Assembly: GCA_902492655.1 (NCBI GenBank)
Contig: CABUMF010000006.1
Location: 314-64,313 of the forward strand
DNA length: 64,000 bases
From: an uncultured Eubacteriales bacterium
GTDB taxonomy: Bacteria > Bacillota > Clostridia > HGM11514
Direction: 5' to 3'
This document shows positions 58,289 to 64,000 of the stretch, piece by piece; the first letter of the stretch is position 1, and every line of letters starts with the position of its first letter. The position numbers and the translations under genes were made by a program. Under the pieces are notes generated by a model, which was not told the origin of the DNA, searched no databases, and saw nothing but the letters and a program-made list of their open reading frames with translations.

Positions 58289-60115
58289 ATGTGTGGAATT
58301 GTAGGTTATGTGGGGCTTAAGCAGGCGGCGCCTCTGCTTCTTGACGGCTTGAATAAGCTCGAATACAGAGGCTATGACTCGGCAGGCGTTGCTATTTTTG
58401 ACGGCAATAAAATCAATGTTGTGAAAGCCGAAGGCAGGCTTTCAAATCTCAGAAATATCACAAATGACGGTAAAAGCATTGTCGGCAATTTGGGAATAGG
58501 GCATACAAGATGGGCAACTCACGGTGCGCCGTCAGATGTTAATTCTCACCCTCACATCAGTAATTCAGGCAGATTTGCCGTTGTACATAACGGTATAATT
58601 GAAAACTATCTGGAGCTGAGGGAAAAGCTGATAAAAAAGGGTTGTAAGTTTTATTCCGAAACAGATACCGAGGTTATCGCTCATTTGATTGATACACTTT
58701 ATAACGGCGATTTACTGTCAACCGTTAATTTACTCACGAGTAAAATCAGGGGTTCATATGCGCTCGGTATTATCTGTGCTGATTATCCCGATAGCTTCAT
58801 TGCGGTAAAAAAGGACAGTCCGCTCGTTGTTGGCTTAGGGGAAAACGAGAATTTCATAGCTTCGGATATTCCTGCGGTTTTGCCCTATACCCGTAATATT
58901 TATCATATTGACGATAACGAAATTGTTATTTTAAGTAAGGACAGCGTTCAGATTTTCAATTCGGACTGTGAGATTGTTGAAAAAGAAGTTTTTCATGTAA
59001 AATGGGATGTTGAAGCCGCCGAAAAGGGCGGATATGAGCATTTCATGTTTAAGGAAATCATGGAGCAGCCCAAGGCTATAAAAGACACCGTTACGCCGAG
59101 AATAAAGGACGGATGTGTTGTTCTTGATGATATTAAAATTACAAAAGAACAGCTTCGTAGCTTAAACCGTATTTACATTCTCGCTTGCGGCTCGGCATAT
59201 CATGTGGGTGTGGCAGGTAAATATATCATAGAAAAAATGACGCATATTCCCGTTGAGGTCGATGTTGCATCCGAATTTCGCTATCGCACACCGTGCATTG
59301 ACGAAAACAGCCTTGCAATTATCATAAGCCAATCGGGAGAAACCGCAGATACCCTGGCGGCACTTCGGGAAGCTAAAAGAAAAGGAGCGAGAGTACTGTC
59401 GATTGTTAATGTTGTAGGCAGTTCCATTGCAAAGGAATCCGATGATGTGCTATATACATGGGCCGGCCCTGAAATAGCTGTCGCAACAACAAAGGCGTAC
59501 AGCACTCAGCTTACACTTATATATCTTTTCGCAATTTATGCGGCAAGTCTTTTGGAAACGGATTCAAAGGAGCATATTGCTTCTTTGATTGAAGATATAC
59601 TTAAAATTCCCGACATTATATCGGGGCTTCTTGAGAATAAGGATAAAATTCAATATCTTGCATCAAGGCACTACAACTCAAAGGAAGTATTCTTTCTTGG
59701 GAGAAATCTTGATTACGCCTTGGGGCTTGAGGGTTCCCTTAAGCTTAAGGAAATATCTTATATACATTCTGAGGCATATGCCGCAGGCGAAATCAAGCAC
59801 GGGACTATTTCGCTTATCGAGAACGGCTCGCTTGTTGTGGCTTTGGTGACTCAGAAAGAACTTTATGAAAAAATGATAAGCAACATAAAAGAGGTTAAGG
59901 CAAGGGGAGCGGTTGTTATAGCCGTTACCGCCGAAGACAACAATCTTTTGGAACAGGTGGCAGACAGTGTTATTAAGGTTCCTTCCTTGGATTCTTTGCT
60001 TATGCCGTCACTTGCGGTTATTCCGCTGCAACTGTTTTCGTATTATGTTTCATCAATGAAGGGGTGCGACATTGACAAGCCCCGAAATCTTGCAAAATCT
60101 GTAACTGTCGAATAG
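58289..60115 (+). CDS. glmS: glutamine--fructose-6-phosphate aminotransferase
   Basis: MCGIVGY N-terminal nucleophile, two SIS domains, and C-terminal KPRNLAKSVTVE. Confidence 0.95.
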   Translation: MCGIVGYVGLKQAAPLLLDGLNKLEYRGYDSAGVAIFDGNKINVVKAEGRLSNLRNITNDGKSIVGNLGIGHTRWATHGAPSDVNSHPHISNSGRFAVVHNGIIENYLELREKLIKKGCKFYSETDTEVIAHLIDTLYNGDLLSTVNLLTSKIRGSYALGIICADYPDSFIAVKKDSPLVVGLGENENFIASDIPAVLPYTRNIYHIDDNEIVILSKDSVQIFNSDCEIVEKEVFHVKWDVEAAEKGGYEHFMFKEIMEQPKAIKDTVTPRIKDGCVVLDDIKITKEQLRSLNRIYILACGSAYHVGVAGKYIIEKMTHIPVEVDVASEFRYRTPCIDENSLAIIISQSGETADTLAALREAKRKGARVLSIVNVVGSSIAKESDDVLYTWAGPEIAVATTKAYSTQLTLIYLFAIYAASLLETDSKEHIASLIEDILKIPDIISGLLENKDKIQYLASRHYNSKEVFFLGRNLDYALGLEGSLKLKEISYIHSEAYAAGEIKHGTISLIENGSLVVALVTQKELYEKMISNIKEVKARGAVVIAVTAEDNNLLEQVADSVIKVPSLDSLLMPSLAVIPLQLFSYYVSSMKGCDIDKPRNLAKSVTVE

Positions 60116-60126
60116 GAGATGCTGAT

Positions 60127-61059
60127 ATGTACCCTCTTAAAATGAAGCCCGAGATTAAAGAAATCATCTGGGGCGGAAATAAAATGAAAGAAATGTTCGG
60201 TAAGGTTTATTCCTTTGAAAAAGCCGGCGAAAGCTGGGAGGTATCTACAAACGATGCCGGAAAGTCCGTCATCGCAAACGGAAAGCTTAAGGGTATGACC
60301 TTTAGTGAAGCTATATCCGAATTTCCCGAAATTGCAGGCAGTGCACTTTCCGACTTTCCGCTGATGTTCAAAATAATTGATGCCAACTATGATCTTTCTA
60401 TTCAGGTTCATCCCAATGACGAATACGCAAAAACGAATGAGAACGGCTCAAACGGAAAAACGGAAATGTGGTATATTTTGCACGCTGAACCCGATGCAAA
60501 AATAGGTTACGGTTTTAATAAGGATATGACCGATGATGAGATCCGTGCCGCAATAGATAATGGCGATCTCGAAAAATATATACGATATATAAATGTCAAG
60601 CAAGGTGAAACATATTTTATTCCGGCAGGAACGGTTCATTGCCTATGCAGCGGACTTGTTGTTGCGGAGCTTCAGCAAAATTCAAATGTGACATACAGGC
60701 TTTACGATTACAACAGAACGGATAAAAACGGCAACAAGCGTGAGCTTCACATAGAAAAAGCACTTGATGTTATTTCAAAAGATAACACTGAGCCTAAAGC
60801 GGTTTTGGATGAGGGCTTGCAGCAGCAAAATCTTGTTTACTGTAACTATTTTGTATGTGATGTGGTTAGTCCCGAAAAAGAATACACCGACTGTACAGTA
60901 GAGGGCTGTCATTTGCTCTTTTTCAAAGACGGCTCGGGCAAAATATCCTACGGAGGCGGCAGTGAGAAATTCAAAAAAGGCGATACTTTTATTATTCCAA
61001 AAAGCTTGGGCGAATATAAAATCTGCGGAAAATGCAGTTATTTAAAGTGCTATGAATAA
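60127..61059 (+). CDS. manA: class I mannose-6-phosphate isomerase
   Basis: WGG...ESWEVS, SIQVHPND, GKTEMWYIL, and the AGTVHC cupin motifs. Confidence 0.8.
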   Translation: MYPLKMKPEIKEIIWGGNKMKEMFGKVYSFEKAGESWEVSTNDAGKSVIANGKLKGMTFSEAISEFPEIAGSALSDFPLMFKIIDANYDLSIQVHPNDEYAKTNENGSNGKTEMWYILHAEPDAKIGYGFNKDMTDDEIRAAIDNGDLEKYIRYINVKQGETYFIPAGTVHCLCSGLVVAELQQNSNVTYRLYDYNRTDKNGNKRELHIEKALDVISKDNTEPKAVLDEGLQQQNLVYCNYFVCDVVSPEKEYTDCTVEGCHLLFFKDGSGKISYGGGSEKFKKGDTFIIPKSLGEYKICGKCSYLKCYE

Positions 61060-61867
61060 GCTTTTTTCAGCTTTTGCTCTTTTAGGACTTATGCTTTTGT
61101 GCTATGCGTTTTTCGAGGCACGATTAATCAGGGTTAAGCGACAAAATGTGTATTCAAAAAAGCTTCCCGAAAGCTTTGACGGTTTTAATATTGTGTTCAT
61201 AACCGATATTCACAATATATCCCAAAGAGCCCGAAGGTTAAAAAAGCTGGTTAAAAGGATCAACGCCTTAAATCCCGATATTGTATTAATCGGCGGAGAT
61301 TTTAACGAGGGCAAAACACGAAATCACGAGGTTTGTTTCAGGATAATTTCGGAGATTAATGCTCCAAAATATACAGTCCTTGGCAATCACGATTATTATA
61401 ACGACGAGGAAATTGCCAAAAAGTACATTAAAAAGTACAACATCGGCAGTATTAACAATCGCAGTTTTTGGCTGAACCGCGGAAATGACAGAATTAAAAT
61501 CGGCGGTTTGGACGATTGGTGGCTTGGTTATCCGTATCCTGAAAGCTTTTTTCACGATTTAACGGAAAATGATTTTGCTGTTCTGGTTTGTCATAATCCC
61601 GATTATTTTGAAAACATTGATATGAGCCTTGTTTCTTTGGCACTTGCAGGGCATCATCATGGCGGTCAGTGCTCATTTTTCGGTCTTTGGGCACCGAAAG
61701 TCAGGAGCGAATACGGTCTTAAATACTGTGGAAAAACCTTGTATTTCAGGGATACAACAATAATATGTTCAAGGGGAGTAGGCACTTCTCACATTCCCGT
61801 AAGATTTGCCGCCGTTCCCGAAATCAATTATGTTACTTTACATTCGGAGGAGAAAACTGTTGGATAG
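61052..61867 (+). CDS. membrane-anchored metallophosphoesterase (YkuE-like)
   Basis: N-terminal TM helix. Motifs FITDIHN, GGDF, GNHD, HNP, GHHHGGQ. Confidence 0.75.
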   Translation: MNKLFSAFALLGLMLLCYAFFEARLIRVKRQNVYSKKLPESFDGFNIVFITDIHNISQRARRLKKLVKRINALNPDIVLIGGDFNEGKTRNHEVCFRIISEINAPKYTVLGNHDYYNDEEIAKKYIKKYNIGSINNRSFWLNRGNDRIKIGGLDDWWLGYPYPESFFHDLTENDFAVLVCHNPDYFENIDMSLVSLALAGHHHGGQCSFFGLWAPKVRSEYGLKYCGKTLYFRDTTIICSRGVGTSHIPVRFAAVPEINYVTLHSEEKTVG

Positions 61868-62597
61868 TATAAAAATACTTGGTGTAAGAATAAACAATGT
61901 GTCTATGGACGAGGCTGAACAAAAGGTTTGGGAGTTCTTTGAGAGTGACGCAAATCACTCCGTGTTCACACCCAATCCGGAATTTGTTTACCGAGCTTAT
62001 CACGATGCCGATTTCAGAGAAAAGCTCAATTCCGCCGACCTTATTATTCCTGACGGAATCGGCTTGATTTATGCCGCAAAAATACTCGGAACACCGCTTA
62101 AACAACGTGTCCCGGGTTTTGAGCTTTGTTGCAGAATTATTGAAAAGGCTCCGCAAAAGGGTGCAAAATTGTTTATTCTGGGCGGAAAGCCCGGGATTGC
62201 AGAGCTTGCAAAAAAGAATATTGAGCGTGACCATGAGGGTATAAATGTTGTGGGCGTAAACGACGGCTACTTCAAAGATGATGAGGAAGTAATTGCCAAA
62301 ATCAATTCGCTTAAGCCTGATTTTCTCCTTGTCTGCACAGGCTGTCCGAAGCAGGAAAACTGGATTTGTAAGTATAAGGACAGGCTCGATGTAAAAGTTG
62401 CGATCGGTGCGGGAGGAACCGTAGATGTTCTGTCGGAAACCGTTAAGCGTGCACCGAAATTTTTCTGCAAATTCGGTCTGGAATGGTTCTACAGGCTGAT
62501 TACTCAGCCTACAAGAATCGGCAGAATGATGAACCTTCCGAAATTTCTTTTTATTGTTATTGCCAAAAAACTTAGAGGAGGCGGAGCAGATGCTTAA
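61860..62597 (+). CDS. tagA: WecB/TagA/CpsF-family glycosyltransferase
   Basis: [15 protein letters not shown]-terminus, [20 protein letters not shown] at 61860 lies 7 nt after GGAGGAG; the track start at 61806 overlaps the previous gene by 62 nt. Confidence 0.75.
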   Translation: MDSIKILGVRINNVSMDEAEQKVWEFFESDANHSVFTPNPEFVYRAYHDADFREKLNSADLIIPDGIGLIYAAKILGTPLKQRVPGFELCCRIIEKAPQKGAKLFILGGKPGIAELAKKNIERDHEGINVVGVNDGYFKDDEEVIAKINSLKPDFLLVCTGCPKQENWICKYKDRLDVKVAIGAGGTVDVLSETVKRAPKFFCKFGLEWFYRLITQPTRIGRMMNLPKFLFIVIAKKLRGGGADA

Positions 62598-63351
62598 AGT
62601 TACATTGCTTGAACACACACCAAATCCCGAGAAGGTTATAGCTTCAGCGGCGAAGCTTTGTTATTCTTCCTCGGATATTGACTCGCTTTATGACGGACTT
62701 GACGAAGAAAAATCAAAAAAGTTTTTAGGACAGCTTATGTCCTACGGCCACGCAAGTCCTATCGAACACGTGACCTTTACATTCGGTATAGAAGGGGTTT
62801 CCAGGTCACTTCTTGCTCAGATTACAAGACACAGGATTGCTTCTTACAGCGTAAAATCCCAAAGATATGTTGGGGAAGGCGATTTTCAGTATGTTATACC
62901 GCCTGAAATTGAAAATAATCCCGAGGCGCTCCGGTCCTTCCAGGATACAATGAAAAATATCCGTGACAGCTACCTCAGGCTTGCCGATATTCTTAAGAAA
63001 AAGCATTATGAGGATTTTGTTTCCGAAGGCTTATCAGAAAAGGAAGCGGCAAAAAAAGCTGAAAAACTCGCTTTTGAAGATGCGCGTTTTGTGCTTCCCA
63101 ATGCCTGCGAAACCAAAATGATTGTTACAATGAATGCAAGAAGTCTGTTTAACTTTTTTAATCTTCGTTGCTGCAACAGAGCCCAGTGGGAAATTCGTGC
63201 CCTCGCAACCCAAATGCTTAAGCTGTGCAAGGATGTTGCGCCGACTCTTTTTGCAAATGCAGGTCCGTCTTGCGTTGGCGGAAAATGCTCGGAAGGTGCT
63301 ATGACCTGCGGCAAAATGAAAGAAATGCAGGAAAAGTTTAAAAATCTTTAA
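62590..63351 (+). CDS. thyX: FAD-dependent thymidylate synthase
   Basis: ThyX motif [15 protein letters not shown]. Start at [14 protein letters not shown] follows GGAGG. Confidence 0.9.
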   Translation: MLKVTLLEHTPNPEKVIASAAKLCYSSSDIDSLYDGLDEEKSKKFLGQLMSYGHASPIEHVTFTFGIEGVSRSLLAQITRHRIASYSVKSQRYVGEGDFQYVIPPEIENNPEALRSFQDTMKNIRDSYLRLADILKKKHYEDFVSEGLSEKEAAKKAEKLAFEDARFVLPNACETKMIVTMNARSLFNFFNLRCCNRAQWEIRALATQMLKLCKDVAPTLFANAGPSCVGGKCSEGAMTCGKMKEMQEKFKNL

Positions 63352-63360
63352 GGTGATTTA

Positions 63361-64000
63361 ATGTTTATTGTTATTGAAGGTGTCGATGCAAGCGGCAAAG
63401 AAACGCAAACCAAGCTTTTATGCAGCCGTTTTGAGAATGCTCAGCACATAGAATTTCCCGATTATAAAAGCGAATCTTCTGCTCTCGTCAAGATGTATCT
63501 TGCAGGCGATTTCGGAAAAAACGCTGAAGATGTCAGCCCTTATGCCGCATCGGTTTTGTTCGCCTGTGACAGATTTGCTTCATACAGAACAAAATGGAAA
63601 AGCACGCTCGACTCGGGTGGAATAGTAATTGCGGACAGGTATGTTTCTTCAAATTTGATTCATCAGTCCTGCAAAATCGACGACGAGCTTGAAAAACAGA
63701 GGTTTACCGCTTGGCTTGAAGATTTTGAATATAACATTATGGGCATTCCAAGGCCCGATTTTACGATTTTTCTCGATATGCCGCCCAAATGTGCGGAAAA
63801 ACTTATAAAAGCGAGAAGCAACAAAATCGACGGCAGTGATAAAAAAGATATACATGAATCCGACGATTCTTATATGTCTAAGGCTTACAACACCGCAGTG
63901 GCTTTGGCAGAGGAAAAGGGCTGGTTTACGGTTCATTGCGCCGTGGAGGATGTTATTAAATCACCTCAGGCGATTTCTGAGGAAGTATTCACCGCGGTTT
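63361..64000 (+). CDS. tmk: thymidylate kinase (3' end beyond window)
   Basis: Hand-translated open frame MFIVIEGVDASGKETQ...FPDY...LFACDRF...IADRYVSSN runs to the window edge. Not in the ORF track because no stop is reached. Confidence 0.8.
   Translation, partial: MFIVIEGVDASGKETQTKLLCSRFENAQHIEFPDYKSESSALVKMYLAGDFGKNAEDVSPYAASVLFACDRFASYRTKWKSTLDSGGIVIADRYVSSNLIHQSCKIDDELEKQRFTAWLEDFEYNIMGIPRPDFTIFLDMPPKCAEKLIKARSNKIDGSDKKDIHESDDSYMSKAYNTAVALAEEKGWFTVHCAVEDVIKSPQAISEEVFTAV

Noticed and set aside
61833-62618. 261-codon open frame antisense to the tagA-like gene.
   Set aside because: The translation is low-complexity, Cys/Phe/Asn-rich, and has no motif or RBS. The sense strand encodes a clearly recognisable WecB/TagA glycosyltransferase. 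Long antisense frames like this are a codon-bias artefact.
63361-63420. Thymidylate kinase P-loop reads GVDASGKET, with Glu after the Walker lysine.
   Set aside because: I recall GSGK-x-TQ variants as being common in type I (eukaryote-like) Tmk paralogues from Firmicutes. The DRY/lid regions look normal, so I do not think it signals loss of function. The gene is also truncated by the window edge.
1-64000. Searched by eye for CRISPR arrays, IS/transposase or integrase genes, prophage genes, rRNA, long tandem or inverted repeats, and multi-gene defence systems.
   Set aside because: None were recognised. Intergenic regions are short and are accounted for by promoters, terminators, one tRNA and one gene relic. 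A computational repeat and HMM scan would be needed to exclude short or degenerate elements.

Overview
This is a densely coding, moderately AT-rich chromosomal segment from an endospore-forming Firmicute, Clostridia-like by gene content and order (spoIIAA-spoIIAB-sigF, ytfI/ytfJ, addBA, scpAB, alr-mazEF). About 63 CDS, mostly on the + strand, are dominated by housekeeping functions: cofactor salvage and repair (pncB, nnr, folC), cell envelope and sugar-nucleotide supply (alr, pgi, pgcA, galU, glmS, manA, tagA-like), DNA repair and segregation (addBA, scpAB, minD), dTMP synthesis (thyX-tmk) and lysA. I found one tRNA-Thr(CGU). I recognised no rRNA, CRISPR array, transposase, integrase or phage genes, and no convincing novel multi-gene defence-type system. 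The window reads as core genome with two small AraC-controlled carbohydrate modules and one decayed gene relic. Items worth a second look: (1) a biotin/Na+-decarboxylase cluster that carries both a 12S-type acyl-CoA carboxyltransferase and a 5S-type oxaloacetate/pyruvate carboxyltransferase, and whose OadG-like membrane subunit is fused to a secreted BspA-type leucine-rich-repeat ectodomain; (2) an orphan minD followed by a methylglyoxal-synthase paralogue that has lost two catalytic residues; (3) a ppk1-pfk operon whose phosphofructokinase has non-canonical donor-site motifs; (4) two AraC-linked loci encoding large proteins I cannot assign to a family; (5) a monocistronic 138-aa mini P-loop protein; (6) adjacent membrane proteins with C-terminal zinc ribbons, including a rhomboid-fold protein without the Ser/His dyad. 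All functional calls come from reading the translated ORFs by eye; no database search was run.
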